64,000 nt of DNA from Mobula birostris (Eukaryota): the NCBI RefSeq assembly GCF_030028105.1, contig NC_092372.1, positions 151,968,058 to 152,032,057 on the forward strand. Reading direction: 5' to 3'. The notes under the pieces were generated by a model. That model saw only the letters and a list, made by a program, of their open reading frames with translations, had not been told where the DNA came from and searched no databases. The first letter of the stretch is position 1. Each line of letters begins with the position of its first letter. Of this stretch, positions 11,933 to 25,408 are shown one piece after another. The position numbers and the translations under genes were made by a program.

Positions 11933-12548
11933 GTACAAACTTATCATTCTATGCTTCGAATAATTTTCTAGACAAATGTTGTAGAACATGTGTGAGATTT
12001 TTCCTGAGCATTGTTAAACAATTTATATGTTACAATTTATAATTATTTTCCTCTTTGTTTCTTCCTTCACTTATTTTTATCTGGGATAGCTCTACGCTTT
12101 TGCCAGGTCTGAGGCTCTATCTTCATAAAAAGTACACAAGTATAGTCTGGGGTGACGTGGCCTTTGTTGTTTTCCCATTTCCTTTGGTGAAATCGTGCAT
12201 GACTGAAATATCTACCTCAATCTATGTATGTACTGGGGGAAGAGTTCTGTTACGAAGTAATGTACAGTTCAATCAACATATCTCTGTTACACACAGACAC
12301 TGCAAAAGCTTCTTACGGATTAAAACTTGTGCTCTTATCAGGCATTTCGTCCAGTGTGAGAAACAATATTGCTACTCCCTCTGGTGAAAGAAAAAGAAAA
12401 CAATATTTTAAATAGTAACCTAGGAAACATTAGTGTATGTGGTTTCTGCCGTGAAAACAGAAACCACATACACTAATATACAACTGTAAAGAAGACAAAT
12501 ACCATGTTGTCTTTTATTGCAAATGTTTTTATTGAGTGGCAGTGTAGG

Positions 12549-13720
12549 CAGTGCTGGATTTAGTGGGGCCAAGGCCCCTGCCGACATCATAAAATGCTGC
12601 TGTACCAAGCAAAAAAAGGCAAGAACAAGAGCAAAGGTCGTACTGGTCTAAATATCAAAACTGTGGACCGAGACATTTGTTTAGTACAACACGTAGGCTA
12701 TAAACTTACAGGCCTTAAGAGAGAGGACCGAAAGTAATGCAGATTCTTAGTTTGAAGGACAGCATCTAAAGCACTCAAAAATTGACCTAGGCTTAGATCT
12801 CTGACAGAACTTGATCGTTCATGAGCTCAATAAACTCCTCACATGTTTTAGGTGAAAGATATGAAGGGGTGCCTGATCCTGCATTTCCAAATTTCTGTAT
12901 GTGCACCTTCAAAAATGGGTCAAACTCACTTATTACCTCTAGAATGCCCACGTAGTTGCCGTTATCAGGCCTGCCAAATATGTCACTGGACTGACAGTTA
13001 CCATCACTGAAGGTGCGGCATGCAAAACAAAACACACAGCCAGTGGAAGGGGAATAGAAGAGCCATTGCCTTGATATTGTACTCACCATTTACAAGCTTC
13101 CATTTGAAGTGAAATTTGGAGGAAAAAATGTCTCTGCTGTGTATATACTCGTTCTGAAGCTTTGATAACCACATCCTTATTCTGACAGGACTCCGACCGT
13201 TTCTTAACCCAGTACGCTCGGACTGAATCAGCTAACGTTTCCTTTCCCCAGCGAGCAGGATCAGTGCTGTAAGGATCCTCAGTAACGTTAACATTAATGG
13301 CGGCCCGACTTGGTTGTTCAGAGGGCTCTGTAGTCGGGAATCCCAAAGTCATGCTCTCTGCCTCTTCAACGTTAGCTGCTGACTGTGGCAAGGACGGTGG
13401 TCCTGTGCTAACGTTGATGCTAGTGCTAGCTGTTCAAGTCTCCATTTGTCCACCGGTCTCAAACTGTGACAAGAGCGATGGTACTGCTGCATCATCGAGA
13501 GCAAGTTTTAAAAATTCTGTCAATTTCAATGTCTTTCTTAAGGCTTCTTTCTCACGGTCCTCTTTCTCTTGTTTCTTTTTTCTTTTCTGTGCTTTACTCG
13601 TATTTTTTTTTTGTCCATGATGATAGCTACTTGTACTTTTGTTCATCTTTTGGCATTCATACCTCAGGGTCAGAATGTTATTATCACTGCCTCAAATTTG
13701 TAGGGAACTTACAGTAAGGA
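12549..13720 (-). mobile_element. hAT transposon remnant (TTF-type zinc finger / ZMYM1-like transposase pieces)
   Basis: WLFYSPSTGCVFCFAC and DNGNYVGILEVISEFDPFL...YLSPKTCEEFIELM motifs. Frameshifted and internally deleted. Confidence 0.75.
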
Positions 13721-13721
13721 C

Positions 13722-15428
13722 AAAATTGGTCCTCAGGAGATCAGACTGGTAATCTATGCGTGGAGCCAAAAGAGAAGGATTTTTTTGTATCTGCATTTAC
13801 TCAGGAGTGGGACCCAGAGTCTATAGAAGTGGGGCAAAGCAGCAGCGAGGTCATGGACCCTATGCGGATTACAAAGGGCAAGATGTTTGCTGTCTTGAGG
13901 TGAATTAGGTTGGACAAATCCCCTTGAATCCTGTGGGAGGCAAGTGCAGAAATTGCAGGGGCCGTAGCAAAGATTTAACTCATCCTTAGTGACAGATGTA
14001 CTGGAAGATAGCTGATGTTCTGTTTTTTAAGAAAGACTCTAAAAGTAAACCAGGAAATTATAGGTATAGGCCGGTGAGCCTGATAATCAGTATTAGAAAA
14101 ATTATTGGAAGGTATTCTAAGGGACCAGATATATTAGTATTTGGATAGATAGGGACTGATTAGGGATAGTCGGCATGGCTTTGTGCATGGTAGGTATGTC
14201 TAACCAATCTTAGAGTTTTTCGAGGAAGTTGCTAGGAAACTTGATGAAGGCAAGGCAATGGATGTTGTCTACATGGACTTCAGCAAGGCACTTGACAAGC
14301 TCCCACTTGGGAGAGTGCTCAAGAAGGTTCAGTGGCTTGGCATTCCAGATGAGGTAGTAAATTGGATTAGACATTGGCTTTGCAGGAAAAGCTAGAGAGT
14401 GGTAGTAGATGGCTGCTCTTTGACTGGTGGCCCGCAGGGATCATTACTGGGTCTATTGTTTGTCATCTATATCAATGATCTGGATGATAATGTGGTTAAC
14501 TGGACCATCAGATTTGCAGATGACTTCAGGATTGGGGGTGTAGTAGACAGCAAGGAAGACAGTCAAAGCTTGCAGTGGGATCTGGACCAGATGGAAAAAT
14601 GGGCTGAAAAATTGCAGATGGAATTTAATGCAGAGAGGTGTGAGGTGTTGCTCTCTGGGAGGACCAACCAGCCGGTGTAGGTCTTACACAGTGAACGGTA
14701 GAGCACCGAGGAGTTGATAGAACAAAGGGATCTGGGTACACAGATCCTTAATTCATTGAAAGCGCTGTCACAGGTAGATAGGGTCGAAAAGAAAGCTTTT
14801 GGCATATTGGCCTTCATCAATCAAAGTATTGAGTATAGGTGTTGGGATGTTATATTGACATTGTATAAGGTATTGGTGTGCCTTAATTTGGAGTATTGTG
14901 TACAGTTTTGGTCATCTACCTTCAGGAAAGATGTAAACAAGGTTGAAAGAGTATAGAGAATACTTACAACGATGTTGCTGGGACTCGAACCTGTGCTATA
15001 AGGAAAGATTGAATAGGTTAGAACTCTATTGCCTCGAATATAGAATATTGAGGGGAGATTGGATAGAAGTATACAAAATTGTGAGGAGCATAGATAGGGT
15101 AAATGCAAGCAGGCTTTTTCCACTATGTTTGGATGAGACTACAACTAGAGGCCATGGGTTAAGGGTGAAAGGTGAAATGTTTAAGGCAAACATGAGTGGA
15201 AACTTCTTCACTCAGAGGGTGGTGAGAGTGTGAGCTGGCAGCACAAGTGCTAGATTTGATTTTGATTTCATATTTAAGAGAAGTTTGGATAGGTACAGTG
15301 ATGTGAGGGGTATAGAGGGCTGTGGGCTGGGTGTAGTGAATGGAACTCGGCAATTTAAATGGCTTGGCACGAACTATATGAGCCGATGGGCCTATTTTTG
15401 TGCTGTAGTTTTCTATGACTATGACTTC
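13722..15428 (+). mobile_element. CR1 LINE, decayed RT and 3' end
   Basis: PQGSLLG, YINDLD and FADD motifs, with a (CTATGA)n tail. Confidence 0.9.
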
Positions 15429-16094
15429 CATGAACGTTCGGAGGTGCTGAAGTTGGTAGTCTTTTGTTTTTTTTCTTGCTATTAGATTCTATTGATGAAC
15501 TTCTTGTGGAATGTGGTCTTAAAATCAAAGAATAAGGTGTTCCCTTCTTATTTCAATGAAAAGCAAAAATTTGGAAGAATGTTATTTTTCTAGTAACAGT
15601 TTTGAATGACAAAATCATAGTGCTTGACTGCAGGATACATAGCTAGGCTGAGAAGGATTTTATAAAATTGATTTCATTCAGCTTGTTTGTGAGAACTGTC
15701 TCTTGCAATGATTGCATTTTCTGGACCATTATTTTGTCTGGTACATCATGAGAATATTAGAGGAAAATTATCCAATGAAACAATACACAAACAAACAATA
15801 CACTAGGACCTAATGTATGTTCTACTAGTTTACAGGAATAGTAAATAATTTAATTTAGAAAAGCAGGGAAATTTGGGCAATATTCTGCCATTATCAAAGA
15901 CAAATGCATTGGTTAACTTCATCAGTGTTTGTGGGAATTTATTACATGAAAAGTGTGATTGCCTAATCTGTTAAGTGAAAGTGAAATAGTAATTCATTTC
16001 TTAAAAAAATAAAGTACCAAAGTTCTTTGAATAGAATGCTAAATCCTTAATAAATCGATCTATCTTGGCTTGGTTGTTTTCTCTGAATTCACAG

Positions 16095-16208
16095 AACAGT
16101 CCTGAAGAGGAAGCTGAATTAAAGAAGTTAAAGGATTTGGAAAAATCCACAGAACAATTATCCCATAAACTTGAAGAAATTAGCACTGAGCTGACAGGCA
16201 TTCAAAAT
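16095..16208 (+). CDS. BAG1: BAG1 exon 4
   Basis: [47 protein letters not shown] boundaries, 114 nt. Confidence 0.95.
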
Positions 16209-16564
16209 GTGAGAATATTTTCTGCTTCCAAACACTTTCCTCCTTTTGCTATCTGAAATGAAAATAATGAAGCTGTTGCTTTGGGTTTATTTGTGCTAAC
16301 CTGTCAATAATTGTTTCTGTTTTTACCTCACTGGCAGTGATAGGAGGTACATGGTTAAAGCTTTCACTTCTTTTGAGAGCAGATTAATATAATAACCTGT
16401 ATTTCAAGTTCAAGTTTAATTGTCATTCAACCGTACACGTATATACAGCTAAACAAAACAGTTCCCTGGGATCAGGGTGCAAAACACAATAATTTCAGTA
16501 GAAACTCTACATTTGGGTAGACAACTATAAGCTTTGTCAAAGACCTTAGTTTGACCATTGTCAG

Positions 16565-17400
16565 TGTCAGATCACTGTCATTGGCCAAATCAAAGGTGGT
16601 AATGAATCAGCACATTGGAAGGAGATTGAAAATTTGGCTGAGTGGTGCCAGAACAACAACCTCTCACTCAATGTCAGCAAGACCAAGGAGCTGATTGTTG
16701 ACTTCAGAAGGAGAAAACTGCTGGTACTTGAGCCAATCCTCATTGGGCTTCGGAGCTGGAGAGGGTCAGAAACTTTAAATTCCTGCGTGCTATCATTTCA
16801 GAAGATCTGTCCTGGGTCCAACATGCAAGTGCCATTGTGAAGAAAGCATGTCACCCAAAACTTTGACAAATTTCTGTAAGTGTTTGGTGATATTGACAAG
16901 TTGTATCATGGCCTGGTATGGAAACAACAATGCCCTTGAACGGAAGAGCCTACAAAAAGTAGTGGATATGGTCTGGTCCCATCATTGAGCACATCTACAC
17001 AGAGCAATGTCACAGGAAAGCAGCATCCACCATCAAGGAGCCCCCACTATCCAAGCCACACTCCTCCTTTCTGCTGCCATCAGGAAGAGGGCACAGAAGC
17101 CTCAGGACCCACACCACTAAGTTCAGGAATTGTTATTACCCCTCAACCATCAGGCTTTTGAACTAGAGGGGATAACTTCACTCACCTCATCACTGAACTT
17201 TTCTCACAACCTATGGACTCACTTTCATGTTCTCAATATTTTGTTGGTTGGTTTGTTTATTTATGTATGTATGTATTTGCAGTGTGTTGTCTTTTGTACA
17301 TTGGTTGGGAGTGGTCTTTCATTGATTCTATTGTGTTTCTTGTATTTACCATGAATGCCCTCAAGAAAATGAATCTCACAGTTGTATATGGCTACATATA
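16565..17400 (+). mobile_element. L2/Rex-type LINE 3' fragment
   Basis: [22 protein letters not shown] motif. The tail resumes after the Tc1 insertion (about 18432-18452). Confidence 0.75.
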
Positions 17401-18432
17401 AATTTGCAAGAAAACGTTTGTGAACCCTTTGAAATTATCTGGTTTTCTCCATTAATCACTCATAAAATGTGGTGTGATCTTTGTCTAAGTCATAATAATA
17501 GACAAACACGATCTGCCTAAACTAATAACACACAACCAATTGTACTTTTCATGTCTTTATTGACCACATTTTTTAATCATTCACAGTCCAAGCTGGAAAA
17601 CATATGTGAACCCTTTAGTAACTGGTAGAACCTCTTTTAGCAGCAATAACCTCCACCAAATGTTTCCTGTAGCTGCTGATCAGACTCACACAATGGTGAG
17701 GAGGAATCTTAGACCATTCCCCCATATAAAACTGTTTCAGTTCATCAATATTTCTGGGATACCTTGAATGAACAGCCCTCTTCAGGTCATGCCACAGCAT
17801 CTCAATTATGTTGAGGTCTGGACTGACTTGGCCATTCCAAAACACAATTTTTCTTCTTTTTAAACCATCGATTGATTTACTGTTGTATTTCTGATCATTG
17901 TCTTGTTGCAATTTCTATTAAGCTTCAGGTAAAGGGCCGCTACCCTGATGTTCTCAGTAAAATGTCTTGATAGAGTTTTGAATTCATTGTTCCCTCAATA
18001 AATGCAAGCTGTCCTGGCCCTGAGGCAGAAAAGCAGCCCCAAACCATGATGTTCCTTCCACCATGCTTCACAGTTGGGAAGTGGTTTTGGTGTTGGTGTG
18101 CAGTGCTCTTTTTTACTCCAAACATAGCGATGTGCATTTCTGCCAAAAAGTTCAACTTTTGTTTCATCTGTCCACAGAACATTGTCCCAGAAGCATTGTG
18201 GAACATTCAGGTGGCATTACCCCAGAGGTTCACATACTTTTTTGAACCTAGACTGTGATTGTTGAAATCTCGTATTCAGTATTGACGAGAAGAATTGCAA
18301 TTGTTTATTATTAGTTTAGGAAGATTGTGTTTGTCTATTATTGTGACTTAGATGAAGATCAGTGCACATTTTATGAGTAATTAATGCAGAAAACCAGGAA
18401 GTTGCAAAGGGTTCACAAACTTTTTCTTGCTA
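17401..18432 (-). mobile_element. Tc1 transposon, internally deleted
   Basis: Long terminal inverted repeats and transposase motifs KHGGRNIMVWG, QQDND and SPDLNIIE. Same family as 28417-30050. Confidence 0.9.
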
Positions 18433-18958
18433 ATAAATCTACTTTGAACTTTAAGAATATCTTAAAGTAGAAAAGAGAGTTTGAAAAGCAAAGAGATTTA
18501 GGGAGTAAGTTCCAGATCCCAAAGTTTTAACATCAAAAGTGGCAAGGTTTGGGTATGCTCTTGAGATCAGAAGTATAAGGTATCATGGAGACCTGTTGGA
18601 AATTACAAAACTGGTGTCTGAGGTGCAAAACCATGGATGGATTTGAAAATGCCTGTCCTGCTTACTTAGGAAGTTCCAGATAATCCCATGGTAAAGGGAT
18701 GTTGAATGAGGGAGATTGGTCAGGACAAATAGGCAGATTTTGGTTAAAAAAAAAATTAAGGGGAAAGTTATGAATTCCAGCAGTGGTAGGTTTTTCGGCA
18801 GAATTATGGTAATATCTGGTCTGTAGCTCATCTTCAAGATTCAAGATTGTTTAGTCATTTCCAGTACACAAGTGTAAAGGAGAATGAAATAATTGTTACA
18901 TCATATCTGATGCAGCACCAGAAAAGCACTATAAAAACACAATAATAAAAGCACAGTA

Positions 18959-19558
18959 CAGGTATGTGTCGCTTAACGTCCACGATACGTTCTGTGAAAT
19001 CGGACGTTATGTGATTTGGACATTGTGTGAACACCATATTATATACTTAGCAAACCTATATGGAGTACTGTAGTGTACCTGTATTGACTAAATCCACGTC
19101 ATTAGCAATTTCTCCACATCCAGTGTAGGTCCCTCTCACATTTTCGTGAGCCTTGGAGTTTTCAGTGAAGCCGATCCTTACAGCTTTGAGAATTTTTTTC
19201 TTTGTTTTTCAGGATCGTTGTGATTGTTGAGTGTGACATGCCTAAATCCTGAGCAATAGCATTCACTAGTTTTCCACCTTCGTATTGTCTAATAACCAAC
19301 TGTTTCAATTCCAAATCAATATTTTTCCTTTGCCTCCTGCTGCTGCTCCTACTTGGAGTGGTTTTGCTGCATTTGGAAGCCGTGATGCACTTTATGGTTA
19401 TATTTTCGAAAGAAAATTTAACAGAGAGATAACGCTACTACACTCAAGAGTTGCGCGATACACGTGATTGGTTACGTCCACTATGTCCCGTTCTCCGGGA
19501 CTACGGACGTATATGTGATCGGACGTTGTCCGAGTGGACGTTAAGTGGCGCACACCTC
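18959..19558. mobile_element. Non-autonomous Tc1/pogo (Tigger-like) MITE
   Basis: Imperfect TIRs CAGGTATGTGTCGCTTAACGTCCAC / GTGGACGTTAAGTGGCGCACACCT, flanked by TA. Confidence 0.75.
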
Positions 19559-20299
19559 TATATATGAAAGTATATAGCTTATACACATTGATTGTATGTC
19601 TATAAAGTGGTGCTAGGCACAGGAGTGTCAGTATGCAAGGTGACCCTGACACAAAATGATAAAGTAGTGGTGATGGGAAGGATTAGTGGGTGAAGGTGTT
19701 GATGAGCATTACTGCTTAGGAAAAGTAACTTTTTGAGTCTGGTGGTCCTGGGGTAGATGCTGCATAGCCTCCTTACTGATGGGAGTCGGACATCTTGTGG
19801 TCTGATGTAATATTAAAAATGCAAAACAAATCTGTTTGGTCTGGAGTTATGAGTCAGAAGGATAGCAGGTCGCCAAGGAACAAAGTTTACTACAAGGACT
19901 GATGATTTTGGCTTTGGTTTTTTCAATTTATATTTAGAAGAAAATTCAACTCATCAGTGCTATTTGTTGGATTAGCCTTGGCAATCTGAAGACAATGTAG
20001 AGGCAATTGAGGTGTAGGTGATGTTAATAGTGAGGTAGAACTGGCTATCACCAATGCAGATGAAGAAACTTGAATTATGGATGCTATTGCCTGAGTTGTT
20101 ATGTGGATGAGAAATAGATGGTCAAGTATATATCAAATGGACACGAGATTAACAGCATTGGCATAGGACGAGCAGCCATTGTTGGTGACACATCAATGAG
20201 CTAGTTTTATTTGTTGTGATAGTGGTTGGAGAAGACAGTGGAGATGGATTTAATGATGATGGACAGCCAAGCACATATGTCATTAATGGTGAAAGTCAG

Positions 20300-21150
20300 A
20301 CTTGGTATCTTCAATATAAGGGTCCTCTGTATACAGCCCTGTAGTAGAGCTTAATGGTGAGAGCTAGGGGACTGTTGGCCACTTCCCATATCTTGGGATG
20401 CACATCTCATTGAAGGCAGGCTTCAGTGATGAAATGCACCATTGTCTTTGATGTATCATTACAGCCTCTGATACACTCTGGAAAAAGATGTTTGAAGTTC
20501 GAGGCTTCAGTTTGGCTACAAAACATAGATTACTGGGCGGCAATATTCCTTGCCCTCATGTATGCTTCTGGAATATGACCAGGTGGCTCCTCAGGTCACT
20601 GGAAATATTATTACCAACATTGTCTCTGCAAAATCCGCCAAATTTACTGACAAGATAGGGGAAATACCATTAGCATCCTCCCTCAGGCCAGCATCCCAAC
20701 CCTGAAAAACAGATTTCTCTGTCTCCCAGTTCTGACAAGTGGTCATCAACAAAAATAAATAAATAAATAAATCCCAGAAGCAACAGATGCTGGAAATCTG
20801 AAATAGAAACAGAAAATGCTGGAAGTGTCCAGCAGATCAGGCACCATCTATGGAAAAAGAATCAAGAGTTAGTGTTTCCGGCAGTTTTGGGTTTTATTTC
20901 AGATTTCCAGCAACTATGCTTCTGGATTTTTTTCTTTTTTGTTCTTTACATGCTTGCCATCCTAATTCTTGAACTCTATTTTATGTCATGGGAAGAAAAG
21001 ATTCAAGGAATAAGTTCAAAGCCTCCATGAAAAAAATGTAACAACCTGCTTATCCTTGAGAGTTCTTGACCTATGATCCCTGAAAGAGGATAGTGAGAAA
21101 GAGGAAGGTGTTGATAACATTGAAGCAATGCATTGGGAGTATAAAGAAGT
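20300..21150 (+). mobile_element. Old RTE-clade LINE fragment, interrupted by a palindromic mini-element (about 20770-20930)
   Basis: Decayed FPYLG..HIS..DE.HH.L RT C-terminal signature. Confidence 0.5.
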
Positions 21151-21524
21151 TCTGCATAAACCACAAGCAGTGTCCAATCTCAGAGTACTTACCTGCCTTC
21201 TCTCATCAGGTATTCTCTGCCTCAGCTGTAGAAGAATCTTAAGGTTCTCACATTAATTTTTCAGTTACCTCAGGATTTGTCAGAATTAAATTCCATTTGC
21301 CAGTGTTCTGCCTGACTTTCCAACCGATCTGTATCCTGCCTTGAGTAACTTCTGTTTCACACAATGACATGGTATGCTCGTGTCCAATGTCATTCCTTTA
21401 ACCTAAAGAGCATGCAGTTTTGGAAATTTACTTAAAGAATATTTTGGTTTAGCTTGTTATATTGGATATATGAAGGTGCTGTTGGAAAGAATTTTGAGTT
21501 GATAACTTTTTTCTCATCACCCAG

Positions 21525-21632
21525 GGGTTCTTAGCCCATGATCTCCGATCTTCTGCATTAAGCAAGTTAGAGAAGAAAGCGAAAAGCATATCTGAACAGT
21601 ATATGAAGTTTCTTGAACAGATTGATGCAATG
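21525..21632 (+). CDS. BAG1: BAG1 exon 5 (BAG domain)
   Basis: GFLAHDLRSSALSKLEKKAKSISEQYMKFLEQIDAM, CAG/GTGGGT boundaries, 108 nt. Confidence 0.95.
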
Positions 21633-22469
21633 GTGGGTAAGAGAATAGGTACAGTGCTTATTAATGATTAATACATCAATTGCTTTGCGGGTAAATGTTT
21701 ATTTAAAAGAATGCTTCTCAGTAGTTTCAGTTCAATGTTTTCGATCAAAGCATTAATTTTAAACTCATCAGGCACTTTTTTGAAATCTTTTCAAAATGGA
21801 TGGGAATTACTTTTGAGATATTTGTGTGTTGATAATTCATTTCAGTGTAAAAATAATTTTGGGTGTGTTGGCAATACATTTTAAGACGTGATGAAATATG
21901 CTGAATTTTAGATAAGCCAAGTAACGTTTGAACTGTTAGTGCTACAATTAACTGTTCATGAATGTAATTTTCTGGAATTTATAATCCTACTTTCTAATGT
22001 TAAAATGCCTTTTCCACAAGGAAGTAAATAATTATAGGTACTATTATTGTTAAATGTCCAGTTAAGTATAATTTCTCCTTGTTTAAAGTATTAGTTACCT
22101 TATATCTCATCAAATTTTATTTTATTGTAGATAGTTTAACTTGGGAAATACAACCACCCTCTATTTACTTGAGTCACGCCATATGAAAATCATAGTTATC
22201 TGACACAAAGATTGTTTGGATTTGTGGAGGAGGAGTAAATTGTCCACATTTACAGAAACATACAAAGTGTGTGGTTGAGACAGGTGGCTGGGAACTATCA
22301 GATATAGTGTGGCTAAATAGGAATATGTCAGGTATGGATTCACAAAGGGCAAATCAAATTACTTTCTGAAGGTGAGAAATAAGGTGCAGTATGGATGATA
22401 TCCATGTATACAAATTGGACCCATGTAGGGATTAAGTATTAAAGTGTTATGTTTGCAACCAGCATTCTC

Positions 22470-22770
22470 GAGGCCTATGCTGATGATCCAGAGATGTGTT
22501 CAAATCTCATCATGGCAGCTGAAGAGTTTACATTAATTTAATTAATACATGTTGAATAAAATGCTAGTATCAGTGTGAAACTACTGGATTGTTCTTTAAA
22601 AATCCACCTGGTTCACTGATGGCCTGTGTGTAACTCCAGACCCACAGTACTGTGGTTGACTCAACTGACCTACCAAACCATAGAGTTGTATCAAACTGCT
22701 GCAAGCAAGCAAGAAGGGGGCTCCCCACCACCAGCTCAGGGGAAAAACCAGATGGGCAAAAAATGCTGGT
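22470..22770 (+). mobile_element. Ancient shark/ray-type SINE
   Basis: B-box-like GTTCAAATC and a core resembling common chondrichthyan SINEs (recognised by eye). Confidence 0.45.
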
Positions 22771-23329
22771 CTTCCCTTTTAAGAAAAAGCTGAAGTAATG
22801 TTGGCATCCATCTCAAGTGCTGGAGTTCAAAAATGAGGAGGTAATATTTTAGTTGTACAAAACTTTGATCAGAACTCATCAAGCAATATGGAGGAAAAGC
22901 AGGTAAATGGAGTTGAGGCACTATTCATCTGTGATCCGGTAGAGTGGTGGGCCAGGTTGGGAAATTGAGGGACTGCCCTATCTATGATTTGCCTCCATTG
23001 CAACTTTGTGTGTGATACTCAATTCCATTTATCAATAATTTATATATGTTGGGCATAATTTTCCAGAGAACTTGTCTACTAGTGTTTTTACTTTTTTCTG
23101 TAACTATATCGTATACTTTTAAATATGACTTTTCTTTTAAAGAAAAAGTCTTCCTAGTAATACTTGACATCTAACAAATTGATTGCAGTGAATGATGGTT
23201 CAGTTGATTGACGCAGAAATACATAATGTAACATTATATTCTTAGCCCTAAATGTTTTACCTATCGTAGATATTGAATTGATACCATATATTTAATGCTT
23301 GATGGTTAAACATGAGGTGTAAAAATTCA

Positions 23330-24080
23330 TCAAAAATGATCTGATGGGTAATTGGTGCTGTTTTGGATCGCAAGGAAGTTTACCTAAGACAAGGTACAGA
23401 TTGGTTGGAGAGTAGGGTGGAACCTTAGCAGATGTAATTTAATTATGACAAGTCCAGGGTGATGGATTTTGGGAAGTCAACTAGTAAACGGTAGAGCACA
23501 AAGGAATATTGAACAGAGAGACATTGGGGTTCAAGTCAATAGTTCCCTGAAAGTAGCAACATTGATTGATAGGGTAGTGAAGGCAGTATATGGCATGTTT
23601 GCTTTCATACGTTAGGGCATAGAATATAAGAGCTGGGATGTTATGTTGCAACTTTATAAGAGTTAGGCATATTGTGTGCTGTTCTCGTTGCCACACTAAA
23701 GGAAGTACGTGACTGTGCCAAAGAGAGAGTACTCACCAGGCAGCTGCCTGGATTGGAGGACTATTATATGGAGAAATTTGATAAGCTGGGCTTGTTTTCC
23801 CCAGACGAAAGGAGTCTGAGGGTTGTACTGATGGAAGTTTATAGGATTTTGACAGCCGTCAGTATTAGAGGGGATTTGGGGGATGTTTTTTTTAAAAACA
23901 CAATGTGTTATTGATATGAAATGTGCCAAACAAGAATGTGGTGGAATCAGATGCGTATACAGCATTTAAGTAGACACTTATATAGTCAAGATACAGGATA
24001 TGGCCCTAATGTGGGATAATGAGATTAGGGGAGGACATTGTGGGCAGAAGGGCTTTTTTTCTGTTCTGTGCAACTCTGAA
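23330..24080 (+). mobile_element. CR1 LINE 3' fragment
   Basis: Decayed RT C-terminus and CR1 tail TTGTGGGCAGAAGGGC. Confidence 0.75.
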
Positions 24081-24203
24081 TCAATTAACAATGAACACAT
24101 TGAGAAAAGGATATATTTTTGAAGCATAGTATTAATTTTAAACAGGAATAACATTCATGTCCTTTGTGCTGTTAATTCTTTACAAACAATATTTTATTTT
24201 CAG

Positions 24204-24266
24204 AGTTTGCCTGACGACTTTACTGACTGTAGACACAGAAGAAAAGGTATAGTAAAGAATATACAG
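24204..24266 (+). CDS. BAG1: BAG1 exon 6
   Basis: SLPDDFTDCRHRRKGIVKNIQ, CAG/GTGAGA boundaries, 63 nt. Confidence 0.95.
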
Positions 24267-24348
24267 GTGAGATTTTCTTTTTGTATGCTGTGGTTTTCTT
24301 TCTCTGATAACAAGTGCTGATTCCTAGACTGTGACACACTTTGTTCAG

Positions 24349-25408
24349 AATGAAGGAGATATCCTCCTTTTTCAAAGAAAGGGGCTTCCCTTCCTCCACC
24401 ACCAACGCTGCCCTCAACCGCATATCTTCCATTCATGCACGTCTGCTCTTACCCCATCATCCCGCCACCATACCAGGGATAGGGTTCCTCTTGTCCTCAC
24501 CTACCACCTCACTAGCCTCCGCGTCCAGCACATAATTCTTCGAAACTTCCGCCACCTCCAATGGGATCCCATCACGAAGCACACCCTTCCCTCCCCCCTA
24601 CTTTCTGCAGGGATCACTTCCTACGCAACTGCCTTGTCCATTCGTCTCTCCCCACTGATCTCCAACCTGGCAGTTATCCTTGCAAGTGGAACAAGTGCTA
24701 CACCTGCCCCTAAGCCTCCTCCCTCACTACCATTCAGGACCCTAAACAGTCCTTCCAGGTGAGGCGACATGTCACTTGCAAGTCTGTTGGGGTATATACT
24801 GTGTTCGGTGCTCCCAGTTTGGCCTCCTGTATATCAATGAGACCCAACGTAGATTGGGAGACCACTTCGCTGAGCATCTACGCTATGCTGGCAGAACACC
24901 CAGTGGCCACCCATTTCAATTTCACTTCCCATTCCTGTTCTGATATGTCCATCCTTGGCCTCCGCCATTGTTGTGATGAGGCCACACTTCAGTTGGAGGA
25001 ACAACACTTTACATTCTGTATGGGTAGCCTCCAACCTAATGGCATGAACATCGATTTCTCAGACTTCTGGTAATGCCCCCCCCCACCATCACCATTGCCC
25101 ATCCCCTTTTTCCCCCTCTCACCTTATCTCCTTTCCCGCCCATTGCCTCCCTCTGGTGCTCCTCCCCTCTTCTTTCTTCCATGGCTTTCTGTCTCTTTCA
25201 CCAATCAACTTCCAGGCTCTTTACTTCATCCCTTCTTCTCCAGGTTTCACGTATCACCTTGTGTTTCTCTCTCCCCCACCCCCACCTGTTAAATCTACTC
25301 CTCAGCGTTTTTTCTCCAGTCCTGCCGAAGGGTCTCAGCTTGAAACGTCAACTGTATTAGGTGCTGCCTGGCCTGCTGAGTTCCTCCAGCATTTTGTGTG
25401 TGTTGCTC
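24349..25408 (+). mobile_element. Penelope-like retroelement 3' part
   Basis: SSFFKERGFP, PLVLTYH and EEQHFTFCMGSLQPNGMNIDFS motifs. Degenerate hammerhead at 25317-25354. Confidence 0.85.
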
